From: Selaginella moellendorffii
Lineage: Eukaryota; Plantae; Lycopodiophyta
Length of the DNA: 64,000 nucleotides
Direction: 5' to 3'
NCBI RefSeq assembly: GCF_000143415.4
Contig: NW_003314310.1
Span: 738,611 to 802,610 of the forward strand
How positions within the stretch are numbered: the first letter of the stretch is position 1; each line of letters starts with the position of its first letter. The notes under the pieces are model-generated. The model was not told where the DNA came from. It was given only the letters and a program-made list of their open reading frames with translations, and made no database searches. Positions 35,300 through 47,714 of this stretch are shown piece after piece. The position numbers and the translations under genes are program-made.

Positions 35300-38271
35300 T
35301 AAATATTATCTATATTTTAGAGTACAAAACTGTGGATAAGCTCATGGATAAAGCCCTCACAAATATTCATCATAATGAACTACTTAAGTGCATAGATATG
35401 GTGGTGAATTAGATGGAAAATAGGGGTCTAGAAAAATTCTACAAAGCTACATCAAAGTTTATAAGACCACAAAAAGGCAAACTAATTCTTCAATTATGGG
35501 ATCTTATAAAATTGACATTCAAAATGGATGGAAGGGATATTAAGATCATTTAAGATCTTATTTCCAAGCTTTTCTATCTCCTCATAGAGCTAAATTAATA
35601 AAATTGGATAGAAGGAGTAGTCTTTCTTGATAAGCTAAGATAAGGATTTATTAACCTAGAATAGAGGGAAAATACATGTCCTCTAGGAAAGATTCATCTT
35701 TATGCTAGAGAAACACTTATATATTTGAGTGCTTTCTTCAATAAAAGGTTCCAAAAAAAGAAATCAAAGGATATATTGGACAAATATTTCTTTCTAGAGT
35801 AAACCTTTCTTCAAAATTTTGTTGATATAGCTTATAGAATTTTTCTCCAAACAATACAAAACTTAGAGGAAAATAAAAGAAGAAGCGGATACTCTAAGAG
35901 CAATGTTTACATTTTTTTTGCCTTATTCTATAATCTTTGTTAGCAATCCACAAGGATTAATGAATAGAGATTACTAAGCCAACAAGGAAATTAAAATTCC
36001 ATAATATGTTTGCATACAAAAGCAAATAAAGGCAAAATGAATAAGCTTAGGGCTAACGTATTAAGGTAAAGTGACCTAAGTAAATTGAAGGCAATTAAGG
36101 AGCTCCTTTTTCTCTCTCACTCTTTCCCTCTCACTCACTCTACACTTACACTTACACCTCTCCCAAGATGTGCCAACACTGTAAGCTTAGTTTTAAAGTA
36201 ATGTATAGTAGCTCAAAGGCTGCATAAAAGCAAACACCATCACTACAGCCTACTGAGTTGAGTGCACCCTTGATTGGGTGGAGTGACCTTGTGCTCACGC
36301 CACCACCAAAAGCCATTAACTCCACTCTTGAAGCATCGTCGACGCAAGATCTCACTTGGGCACCTCTATCGGCACTGCACTACATCTCTCGATTGCTTAA
36401 TGCCGAGTGTTTTGCCTACAAATCTCCATAGACAGCAAAAATGCTTAAGCAAGAAAAACATATGGAAGAAATCTCATCTGGCAACAAAGAGCTTGACTAT
36501 ATCCAAGTGAAGTTACCTAAGGAGCTTGTGCTTTCTCCTTGTGACAAATTTTAACTTGATGTTTTTGGGTTACTCGCATATGTGGAGTTGCTCAAAGGAG
36601 AAATATCGATCAAGCAAGGGATTAAACTCATGTAGAAGTGGTACCCAATTGAGCATGCATTTCTCTTTTGTGAGCGAGTTCATCCCTTTAGACTCACTTA
36701 GTTTGCTTAGATTTTTTGCCTAAACAACAAGGGCAAAATAATCACTATGAGCAAAAAGGATTATATGCCCCATCCTCCTTAACTACACATTCGAATGGAA
36801 AGGCAACTTCATTTATTTAAAGCTTGATTATCATGTTAAGCTTAAAGTTTTGTGTGCCATCATTGACGGGTGGACAGTTGCACAAAATGCCAACATCAAG
36901 ATAGCACATCTTATCAAAATTGAACAGCAAATAAATATAGCTCATTTCACCTATAATGGATTTGTAACTAAAATGAAGCATGCTACCTTACAAGTAGGCA
37001 AGGAAAGGCAAGTGACAATAGGACTCTTCATCTTTTTACAATACATTTACTAGCATTACACAACTCAAGAGAATCCCATGCCTCTCTTTGCCATTGGTCC
37101 ACCACTTCTAGTATCTCCCCCGAGGGAGATAGCAAGGGAAGGGAAACTAGTGAGGGATGTGGATGCAAAATAAGCTTCCCAAAATCTCAATGATATAGAT
37201 TCAGGCAAGGAAAATTCTCCTGTCAAAAAGAAATTTTACCTAAATCTAAAAATCCAAGTTGCAAGACCTCCAAGGTTTGTTCCACAGAAATCCAATAGCT
37301 GAGTATACTGCAGGAAAGCTGGACACAGCAAGTACAGTGATAAAATGCCATGCCCGAATCAAGAACAAAGTCATGACTTGCCTACGTCTACAAAGATGAC
37401 CCCGATGTCGATGCAAATCTCTCTGAGCATCGGGGAAGTGACGAGCACACAAATGAACAACATTAGGCAAATGATAGATGCTAAAGTTGTGAAAGAAATT
37501 TCACAACTTAGGCCACAAAGTCTAACACACAATGTGCCTACAAATGCTGCAAAACCATTAGCTGTAGACACAACCAATGAGGTGAGTTTAGACCAAAAAA
37601 ATCATGGCCAAGAAACTCACCAGGATGAAAAGGATGAGGCTACAAAAGAGAGTCTAGGTGAATCGGAGGAGTATAGGCTTAGTCTTCTTTAGTCCACCTA
37701 TGCATTGGATAGTGACACACTCTCAGCCAATCAATCTAGTGAGACGAGGTAGCCACAGCAGCAATAGACACTACACAAGCACTACAAAGTCAAGGCTAGC
37801 CACACCTTCACTTAACAAAACCGCAAATCAGCTGAGCAAGCTAGAAATCTGAAGCTTCATAGAGGAGCTCGCTCAACACATCAAGGGAGGAGGCAAGCAG
37901 CCAGTTGATGAGCCAATACAACTAGTAGAAGATGAAGAAACAACAAAATACTGCATGTAGGTCTTGAGCTACTTCAAGACAATCATTAAGAAAGTGGATG
38001 GAGTTATGGGTGAGCAAAATCTTTAGTGCCACATAATCCAAGAACTCAAGAGTACGATTCTAGCTTCCACATCTACTGATGTAGAGCACATCAGCCACTA
38101 AGACCAATACATTGCAATGCTCGACCAAGAAAATCAGAACATACATCAGGAACTTGATGATTTGCACTAAAGCATTGAGCTTATCAATATGAAGAGCAAG
38201 CTCAATAGCCTGGATTAGGATTTGGAGAATTTGACTGCTTGAGGATAGACAATAGCTTTGTCGTGTGGGAG
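35300..38271 (+). pseudogene. Decayed extra ORF region (3' of integrase) of the Athila/Tat-like element, ending at a PPT-like gtgggag
   Basis: Broken protein-like frames with acidic/coiled-coil character (37345-38240), followed by ttgaggatagacaat...gtgggag|TGATGAAA, which resembles a PPT-LTR junction. Confidence 0.4.
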
Positions 38272-38440
38272 TGATGAAAAGGTAAATGTTTTATCTTATG
38301 TATCTTCTCAAACATAACAAAAGAAGGAAGCTTAAGTGAAATAGAGTTATGCTTAAGCTTAAGCATCTAAAAAAGAAAAACCTGATTGTCATAGACAAGC
38401 AAGAAACAGTTAGGAATGATTATAAAATCATGTGGTATAT

Positions 38441-40660
38441 TATAAACAACAAAATTTTCCATTCTACTTTAGTCACTTAACCACCCCTCCGACCATTTGA
38501 AGAAGTCTCACTTACAACGTCCATAAGTCCTATTCCGGACTTGGGGCTTGCTATCCCCAAGAATGGCATCCATGCCACTCAACTTTTGCACTTGGTCCAA
38601 GTGCTCCACATATTCGATCCCAAGACCGACACCCCAAGGTACCACTGACATATAAGCCTATTATGCTAAAGCCATGCCCCTTCACCTTGGTCACGCCGGT
38701 GGTCTAACACCACCTACATCATAGTCCCGTCTCTCAAAGACTAGGCCATCCATCCATGAGTGACCATCCCAAATCCACTCCTTATCATCTTTAAGATGCC
38801 CAAAAACATAGAGAATAGCCTTCCCCAATATCCCTTTTCCGGTCCCCTCCAAGTCCTTTTTTGTCTATAGCCATGTTCACTAACACTGCCACTGGATCAA
38901 GGCCCACAGGCCCAACCACTAAGTCCCATGGTCCTCTGGGACTTCCTCACCACATAACTATATCCTTGGTCACTACACCAGAGGATTGCTCTTCTTCCTT
39001 TCCACAATCTAGAACTTTGGGACAACGATTCGGAACACTGTTGTAAGCTCTTGAGTTTGGACTTCCCGGGAGGTCACCCAGCCCAGTACTATTCAAACCC
39101 AAGGACGCTTAACCCCAAATATCCCAAGACCCTTAACCGATTGGAAAAGGGGGTGCACTCTTTTTCATAGGCCTTTTCCCTCTATATTTGAACCCCATGG
39201 ATCGTCTCTCAAGTCGTTCCCTTTGGTTGCTTACAACTGTGGCCCTACACGAGCTTCGTGGGTACTCTCCCCACCTTCCACCTTTGGGTGCTCTAGCCAT
39301 GGGCTTAGAGCGAGGTTCCGTTGAGCCATGCCAAGTATTCAAGTAGGTAGTGCCCACCATGCTTGGATTTGGAGCATCAATTATTCGATCTCTTGGGGGG
39401 AACTAGAGTCAGCTTTTGAACATTTCACCAAATTACCCCACTTGTTAGTCCATATTCACTCTAGCCTTGGACTTCCTAGTGGTCATCCCATCACCCAACA
39501 GTTGGGAGTTGGGTATGGCCTTCCTAGGCCAAACTAGCATTTCCTGGCCAAACTAACTCCACTAGGTCCAACCCCCACACTCTCCTTATTATACTTTGGA
39601 ACCCCCTACAACAGCCCCCCCCCCCCCCCCCCCAAGCTTATTTTAGTATTCCGACTTGGACTCGGACTTAGACTCAGTCTTAGACTCAGACTTAGTCTCG
39701 GCCTCGGCCTTGGACTTGGTCTCAGTTCCATCTTGGACTTCATCTCAGACTCCATCTTGGACTTCATCTTGGGTCCATCTCGGACTCCATCTTGGACTCC
39801 ATCTTGGGTCCATCTCGGACTCCATCTTAGGTCCATCTCGGACTCCATCTCGGGTCCATCTCGAACTCCATCTCGGGTCCATCTCGGACTCCATCTCGGG
39901 TCCATCTCGAACTCCATCTCGGGTCTATCTCGGACTCCATCTTGGGTCCATCTCAGACTTCATCTCGGGTCTTTCTCAAACTCCATTTTGGACTCCATCT
40001 CAGACTCCATTTTGGACTCCATCTTAGACTCCATCTTGGGTCCATCTTGGACTCCATCTCGGGTCCATCTCGGACTCCATCTCGGGTCCATCTCGGACTC
40101 CATCTCGGACTCCATCTCAGACTCCATCTTGGCTCCATCTTGGACTCCATCTCGGACTCCATCTCGGGTCCATCTCGGGCTCCATCTTGGACTCCATCTC
40201 GAGTCTATCCCAGACTCCATCTCGGACTCCATCTCAGACTCCATCTTGGCTCCATCTCAAACTCCATCTCGGGTTCATCTTAGACTCTATCTCAAACTCC
40301 ATCTTGGGTCCATCTCGGGTTCATCTCAAACTCCATTTCGGACTCCATCTCAGGTCCATCTCGGACTCCATCTCGAGTCCATCTCAGACTCCATCTCGGG
40401 TCCATCTCAGAATCCGTCTCTGACTCCATCTTGGGTCCATCTCGGACTCCATCTTGGGCTCTTCCACGTGTCATGTGTTGGTCCACTTATGCTTCATGCT
40501 TATTCCTCGAGCACTTCGTTGGGAGTTCCACTCTCACTCTCGACCTTTCAAGTCAAATATTTTAGTCCAAATGTGTTACACTGGTTTCACTTTCGCTTCG
40601 GCCATTACCACGTGGCACCCTTTCAACTCCACTTTGGGGCTTAGGGATTTGTGTCTCACA
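38441..40660 (-). mobile_element. Family-A solo LTR (longest satellite, ~800 bp; hosts a Cassandra solo LTR)
   Basis: tataaacaacaaaattttccattc...gtgtctcaca with perfect TSD TATAT (38436-38440 / 40661-40665). Confidence 0.92.
39042..39235 (-). mobile_element. Cassandra TRIM solo LTR (5S rRNA-derived segment)
   Basis: 194 bp TGTAAG...CTTACA with perfect TSD ACTGT. The minus strand of ~39059-39113 reads GTTAAGCGTCCTTGGGTTTGAATAGTACTGGGCTGGGTGACCTCCCGGGAAGTCC, matching the plant 5S A-box/IE/C-box region. Confidence 0.92.
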
Positions 40661-42434
40661 TATATAAGTAGCACTTAGATGTGTTGCACTCATTAGTGTA
40701 TGCATTTACATTGAATTAACTATATTTTCTCTTGCTTATAATTGTTTATATAAAGTAGAGTTGAAAAAATGATATATGTTTATCCCTACTCACGTTTTAG
40801 AGTTCAAAGCTAAATTCTCTTCTATTTTCTTTTTATTGTTCTCTTCTCTACATTCTTATCTCTGTTTGTTTGTCATTACTTTGTAGGCAAGGGCAAAAAT
40901 GCAAGTATAAATAGAAAAAGCCTTACTTAAAAAGGATCTAGAGGAGTAAGAGTGGGTTTCTTCATAAAATACTCAGAGATCAATACTTGATCCTATTGAA
41001 CATTTGAATCCACACAATTGATCATTGATTACAATGGAATGCCACTTGATTCTAAATTCCACTATATTATAAACACATAAAAACATCTTTTATCCACAAT
41101 ATTATAAATAATTTTCTGTGTATTGTATGTAGTAACACTTGGTTTGCTTAATAGTAGTATTATTCCTATTTAATAATCAATAAATTAAAAATTATAAACA
41201 TTTTAAAAATTTATAAATACAATATTAATCTTAAATATCACACTATTTCCATAGTTAGAATGAACTGTGCAATATTTGACAACTGATCCACAACCACCAC
41301 CAAACCATTAGATGATAAAATAACCTAGAATATACTAGAAAGTGTTTAGGAAAGTTTCTAAATTATAAATACAGGATTAATCTAAACGAATAACAACCAT
41401 TAGATGGTAGAATATTCTAGAATATTTAAGCATATTTTAGATATATCCATTACCATCCCACTCCCCCTAAAGTTTTGCTTAAGCAAACAAAAAATACAGG
41501 AAATACTAGAAAAGATACATTAATATTCATCAAGTTTCTTAGCTCTATCCACATTAACTCAAATTTATATAGCTATTAATCAATACTATAAACTAATATA
41601 TGCTCATATGTTCATAAACAAAAGTTATAATCATTTTTAGTGCTCAATGTAGTTAACATATACTTTCTAGTACTGAATTAAGTATGCTTCATAGATAATC
41701 ATATCTAAAATAGTACATACAAGCATACATTCATATAATATGAATTCATACCTTATGGTCATCTAGTGTTAACTAGCTTGAGCCATGATAAAGAGCTTAT
41801 AAAGTATATAATCTCTTGCCAATATGGCAATAAAAGAAAAAGAACCTGTCAAAAAAAAGCTTTGCATACCTAGTGGTTAACAAATAGTTTTTGATACCTA
41901 AACTCACATTTGTGATATTTGGGACAGGTACTGAAAGTTTCATCTTCTGGTACATGATAAAGTTGTCTCTTTGAAATATTTTAATGTAAATTTTAAAAAG
42001 TTACTAGTATCCAGTGGCAAGTTTGAGAAGAAAGAAATGCCTATCCTATAACTATAGTAAAATTTTTTAATGCAAAACTTTAATTTCATCAAATTAGTCA
42101 TGAATCCAATCTGATTAAATCTTTAAATGGGATAAATACCCCTTCAAACTCAATAAATAATTGTGATTCAAAGGTTGTTGCAAAGTATTGAGACTTGAGA
42201 TGTCTTAAAGAGTTTGCTGTAAAGATGACTTATTCTCAACAACATCATAGAGCAATTCAAACCAGAAGCTATGAATTTTCTAATTGGTTAGAAATACATC
42301 TTCCAAATGACTATTTTACAATAAAGAAGTCTAATAATAATTTAAAATATATTAGAAAACAAAGAAGGAAAAAATAAAATAAAATACAAGAAAACCATAA
42401 AAAGTTTCCAAGAATTTGTCCTTTTTATTTGACT

Positions 42435-42440
42435 TATAAA
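42435..42440 (+). promoter_or_regulatory. Candidate TATA box of the secreted-protein gene
   Basis: TATAAA about 50 bp upstream of the ATG at 42487, followed by a purine-rich leader. Confidence 0.55.
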
Positions 42441-42486
42441 CCCACCACAAGCAAGAATTGAGAGGAAGAAGAAAGAAGAGCTTGGT

Positions 42487-42936
42487 ATGAAATCTCAAAA
42501 ACACCTTATGTTTATTTTTATTACTATATTTTTATTTTCTTATTACAAAGAAACCCACTCTTACTCTTCTGGATCCTTTCAAAGTTGCACTAGAACATTC
42601 CAGAGAGCAACAAATTATCAAGATTATTGCAGATGTGTGAGTTTGGTGTGGTCTAGATTTGCTTTTAATTTATCTGTACCAGGGATTTATACTGCTCGAG
42701 TTGGAAGTTTAGGTTGTTTCCTCAAGGTTAGGCAATCCCACCAATTCACATATAGTGATTATGTAGAAGCAGTTGGGGATATATGGAGCATTTGTCTATC
42801 ATATAATGATCCAGGAGGTGTAGTTACACTAGATGATAGATCAATGCGTTTTCGAGTAGAACATTCAAGAGATGAACTTCTTAAGATAAACTCTCGTATA
42901 AATACATCAACGATTTTAATTGGTTGTGATGTTTAA
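42487..42936 (+). CDS. Small secreted cysteine-rich protein, 149 aa, intronless
   Basis: ATG to TAA open in very AT-rich DNA. Basic N-terminus plus hydrophobic signal (LMFIFITIFLF), 6 Cys, upstream TATA. A diverged paralogue nearby keeps most Cys positions. Confidence 0.8.
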   Translation: MKSQKHLMFIFITIFLFSYYKETHSYSSGSFQSCTRTFQRATNYQDYCRCVSLVWSRFAFNLSVPGIYTARVGSLGCFLKVRQSHQFTYSDYVEAVGDIWSICLSYNDPGGVVTLDDRSMRFRVEHSRDELLKINSRINTSTILIGCDV

Positions 42937-43029
42937 TCTCTAAATTAAAAAGCCATTTTATATAGATAACTAGACCTTAGCCTTGTTAGAGAGACCATAA
43001 AGAAGAATGTTCCTGCTCTAAGAGGCTTG

Positions 43030-43645
43030 TCAACCTTGCTGTGTCATGCAAATAGAGGGCATTTGCTCACACCCATCAAACACGTCATTGACCCGGGCCA
43101 GGTCATAGTCTGCACAAGCAGTGATTATGGCTAATGGCATCACATCGAACAGCCTTGTGGTGTCATCTATGCAGCCGCCCTTGGAAAAACCACTAGCATT
43201 GCCAACCATGAAATGAGGCTCCTCTTGGGCATGCCATCGAATAGGTGTTGGATCAAGTGTTATAGTCAGTGGTAGTGACACTATAAGTTCAAGGCATCTA
43301 GGCTTATTGTTTATTAAGCGAACTAAATGGAACAAGTAGAGAACCTGGCTGAAAACTCTCCTGCCCCACCTCGTCTTGCTACAGCTGCTCCCATCCCAGC
43401 TCCTACTACTGCAGCTTGTCTTACCCCAGCTGCTCAAAATGTATGAAGGCAACTCCATCATGAGGATGTTTGAGAGAGTAAAATCATCATGGAAAGAATG
43501 ATTTGTACATTGGCACATAGAGTGGTGGCTGCATTCTCCCATATCTATCACATGACTTACCATCACGAAAGATCTATTCGAAATCAAGTTTTTACTCTCT
43601 TGAACATCCTTGGGATGGAGTTGCCTTCATACTTTTGAGCAGCTT
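43030..43645. pseudogene. Patchwork of PLS-class PPR gene fragments, including a fold-back
   Basis: Minus-strand GCIDDTTRLFDVMP; L-motif-like EGNSI...S...LISN...VIDM. 43428-43483 pairs with 43590-43644. Confidence 0.55.
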
Positions 43646-44929
43646 CTGGTTTGAATTGCTCTATGATGTTGTTGAGGGTAAGTCATCTTTATAGCAAAGT
43701 TTGAGGTATTTATCCCATTTAAAGATTTAATCAGATTGGGTTCATGACTAATTTGATGAAATTAAAGTTTTGCATTAAAAATTTACTATAGTTATAGGAT
43801 AGGGATTTCTTTCTTCTCAAACTTGCCACTGGATACTAGTAACTTTTTAAAATTTACATTAAAATATTTCAAAGATACAACTTTATCATGTACCACAAGA
43901 TGAAACTTTCAGTACCTGTTCCAAATATCACAAATGTGAGTTTAGGTATCAAAAACTATTTGTTAACCACTAGGTATGCAAAGCTTTTTTTTGACAGGTT
44001 CTTTTTCTTTTATTGCCATATTGGCATGAGATTATATACTTTATAAGCTCTTTATCATGGCTCAAGCTAGTTAACACTAGATGTAGCATAAGGTATGAAT
44101 TCATATTATATGAATGTATGCTTGTATGTACTATTTTAGATATGATTATCTATGAAGCATACTTAATTCAGTACTAGAAAGTATATGTTAACTACATTGA
44201 GCACTAAAAATGATTATAACTTTTGTTTATGGACATATGAGGATATATTAGTTTATAGTATTGATTAGTAGCATATTTGCATTAGTTTTATGATAGTTTT
44301 ATGTCTATCTTGCCATTTGAAATACCATAAAGTCTTGCCACTACAATAGAACAAAAATAAAAATTAACTGTATTAATGTATCTTTCTAGTATTTCCTGTA
44401 TTTTTGTTTGCTTAAGCAAAACTAATGGGGAAGTGGGGTGCTAATGGATATATCTAGAATATGCTTGAATATTCTAGAATATTCTACTATCTAATGATTG
44501 TTATTTATTTAGATTAATCTTGTATTTATAATTTAGAAACTTTTCTAAACACTTTCTAGTATATTCTAGTTTATTTTATCATCTAATGGTTTGATGGTGG
44601 TTGTGGATCAGTTGTCAAAAATTGCACACTTCATTTGAACTGTGTAAATAGTGTGATATTCAATAAGATTAATATTGTATTTATAAATTATAAAAATGTT
44701 TATAACTCTTTATTATTGATTATTAAATAGGAATAACACTATTATTAAGCAAACAAAGAGTTACTACATGTAATGTGCAGCAAATTATTTATAATATTGT
44801 GGATAAAAGATGTTTTTATGTGTTTATAATATGGTGGAATTTAGAATCAAGTGGCATTCCATTGAAATCAATGATCAGTTGTGTGGATTCAAATGCTTGA
44901 CAGGATCAAGCATTGATCTCTGAGTATCT

Positions 44930-45204
44930 TACAAAGAAACCCACTCTTACTCCTCTAGATCCTTTCAAAGTTGCACTAGGACATTTTATAAAGGAATGAT
45001 TTGTGGAGACTATTGTAGATGCATAAGTTTAGTGTGGTATAGCTTTTCTTCTAGTTTGTCTATCTTTATACCTTTAGTTGGAGTTTAGATTGCCTTTAAG
45101 AATTCAGCAGTCTCAATAGATTAACATTTAGTGATGTTGTGGAAGCACCTAATGATATATGGAATATATGTTTATCACAAGGAGGTTTAGTTGCACTAAA
45201 TGAT
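44930..45204 (+). pseudogene. 5'-truncated, frameshifted paralogue of the 149-aa secreted gene
   Basis: Reads YKETHSYSSRSFQSCTRTF...DYCRCISLVW, then after indels FSDVVEAPNDIWNICLSQGGLVALND, collinear with 42544-42840. The signal-peptide region is absent. Confidence 0.88.
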
Positions 45205-45469
45205 TATTTCATTGTAATTTTAATCTTATTAACTAAACTATAAATATGATAATTTTTTATATGCATTATACTTTTTGAATGATGGCATTCTCATTTTTTA
45301 TGAGAGATCATCATGTTCATTTTATTCTCCAACACCTTCAATAACATAGCCTTTTTGTAAATTTGAAAAAATGCTCATTAAATCAGAGTTTTTATTTTAT
45401 ATTATTTTAATCTTGCCAAAGTTTTCACTATTTTTGAGTAGTAGCACCCCAGTTGTATTTTTAATATCA

Positions 45470-45817
45470 AATGTTTTTTTGGCTTTGCGAACTTCTATAA
45501 GCCATCTCACACAGCACTAGCTTTTCAGCCTTGAGCACTAGACACCAGCCTAGAAATGCAGACCTGGAGGCTGACGTCCATAACATCATACTTTGTTCTA
45601 ACCCACTGTCAAAGAGTCTCTTGACCTGGTGGAGGAAACCACCATTGATACTGACACTGATATCAGGTACCATCTGATAGCAGTGGTGACACCATGTCCC
45701 ACGAGGATGTCCAAGAGAGTAAAAACTTGATTTCTAATAATCTTTCTTATTGTAATTCACTTGTAGATATGGGAGAATGCAGCCACCACTCTGTGTGCCA
45801 ATGTACAAATCATTCTT
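45470..45817. pseudogene. PPR gene remnants; 45700-45817 is an inverted copy of 43493-43612
   Basis: Minus-strand GFLHQVKRLFDSGLEQSMMLWT; plus-strand HEDVQESKNLISNNLSYCNSLVDM. gatatgggagaatgcagccaccactctgtgtgccaatgtacaaatcattc is the reverse complement of ~43497-43546. Confidence 0.6.
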
Positions 45818-47714
45818 CCATCCCTCCCCACCTCTATAGAGGCTGATGCAAGGGTTAGGAATGAACAATACCATTGGCATCAACCTTGCATTCTTTGACT
45901 TTTCCAATGGGTTGCACCTTTACAAAGTAACATTCCATCCTAGAATATCCTTCAACCAGATCATTTTTCTCAAAAGGTGGATGTGGCATCCAAGATTTTG
46001 TAATACAAAGGTATCATGTTAGTCATTCTTTCCCACTTTTTATTCTTTAGAGGTCTTCTTATGACGATGGTGAGAATGATGACTCTAGAGGCTACAGTTA
46101 AGTATCTCAAATGAAATAAAAGGTGTTGGTGGCTGAATTCAAAAGGTTTACATTTCCTTGTTTCTCATATCTTAGATTGATTGCCTCTTTATTGTCAATT
46201 TTAGCATGAAAATATCATGCATTTTGCCACTACTTCTTGATGTCACAATATTACATAGATTAGGGATCACAAGAGATAAGTTCGTAAGCAACTCCCCTCT
46301 TAAGATTGACCACTTGACACCCGTAGTTTCTCCCATCATCTTTTTGCTGGCTTTACTCAAGGCAAAGACCAAGGCTTGAGATAAAGGGCTGTAACAAAGT
46401 TTTTAAAAGTACCTCCAAGTGAAGACCCCTTTTTTCTCTTTGTTGGTTTTGTGTATAACAAAACTTTCTGTTGTGGCTCTTTACTGGTTTCATGCCTTAA
46501 TGAAACTAAGCTCTATTTCGTTAAAGTGGGAATTGTCATTATCCCACTTGTAAAATAAGGTTTCCAAACCTTTATATAGTATATAAATATAACAAAATTC
46601 AACTGCATTGAGGCACATGCCATTTTATTTTAAACAAGGAAATGTCTACTCAATCACTTCTCACTGCTTCACCTCTCTCTTCTCCTTGTCATTGTCGTCC
46701 AATTTCTTTCCATCCTTTTAATATTGGCTCAGTTGCTCCGAGTCTAGGTGGAGCCCAAGTCCCCATTCAATCTTTACTTTCCCCTTATTAATAAAACAAC
46801 TTCGTAGACTTCCAATAACATGCTGTAACACTTCTAGTATAATGCAAATCCTCTCAAAGAATTGTCTTTTAATATTNNNNNNNNNNNNNNNNNNNNNNNN
46901 NNNNNNNNNNNNNNNNNNNNNNNNNNNNNNNNNNNNNNNNNNNNNNNNNNNNNNNNNNNNNNNNNNNNNNNNNNNNNNNNNNNNNNNNNNNNNNNNNNNN
47001 NNNNNNNNNNNNNNNNNNNNNNNNNNNNNNNNNNNNNNNNNNNNNNNNNNNNNNNNNNNNNNNNNNNNNNNNNNNNNNNNNNNNNNNNNNNNNNNNNNNN
47101 NNNNNNNNNNNNNNNNNNNNNNNNNNNNNNNNNNNNNNNNNNNNNNNNNNNNNNNNNNNNNNNNNNNNNNNNNNNNNNNNNNNNNNNNNNNNNNNNNNNN
47201 NNNNNNNNNNNNNNNNNNNNNNNNNNNNNNNNNNNNNNNNNNNNNNNNNNNNNNNNNNNNNNNNNNNNNNNNNNNNNNNNNNNNNNNNNNNNNNNNNNNN
47301 NNNNNNNNNNNNNNNNNNNNNNNNNNNNNNNNNNNNNNNNNNNNNNNNNNNNNNNNNNNNNNNNNNNNNNNNNNNNNNNNNNNNNNNNNNNNNNNNNNNN
47401 NNNNNNNNNNNNNNNNNNNNNNNNNNNNNNNNNNNNNNNNNNNNNNNNNNNNNNNNNNNNNNNNNNNNNNNNNNNNNNNNNNNNNNNNNNNNNNNNNNNN
47501 NNNNNNNNNNNNNNNNNNNNNNNNNNNNNNNNNNNNNNNNNNNNNNNNNNNNNNNNNNNNNNNNNNNNNNNNNNNNNNNNNNNNNNNNNNNNNNNNNNNN
47601 NNNNNNNNNNNNNNNNNNNNNNNNNNNNNNNNNNNNNNNNNNNNNNNNNNNNNNNNNNNNNNNNNNNNNNNNNNNTGCCATAATAAGTACATTTTTAAAT
47701 AAATACATGCCATC

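Larger units (their letters stand above)
40931..44965. repeat. Long inverted repeat: arms 40931-~42140 and ~43705-44965, spacer ~1.55 kb
   Basis: Continuous reverse-complement match along the arms. Outer tips aaaggatctagaggagtaagagtggg / cccactcttactcctctagatccttt; inner tips ctttaaatgggataaatacc / ggtatttatcccatttaaag. Scattered transitions and one non-matching patch (~41530-41575 vs ~44272-44372). Confidence 0.93.

Noticed and set aside
39059-39113. 5S rRNA gene
   Set aside because: Only the ~55-nt internal promoter region is present, embedded in TG...CA LTRs with TSDs, so it is Cassandra rather than rDNA.
40931-44965. Foldback/Mutator element with long TIRs
   Set aside because: No TSD at the outer tips, and the right tip lies mid-way through a pseudogene that continues beyond it, which fits an inverted duplication rather than transposon ends.
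45850-46500. Possible LINE ORF1 remnant (continuing 50455-50750) as the target of the TIR element
   Set aside because: Only vague motif hints; too decayed to support a call.
46718-47713. ORFs of 273-331 aa
   Set aside because: They are almost entirely the N gap 46877-47675.
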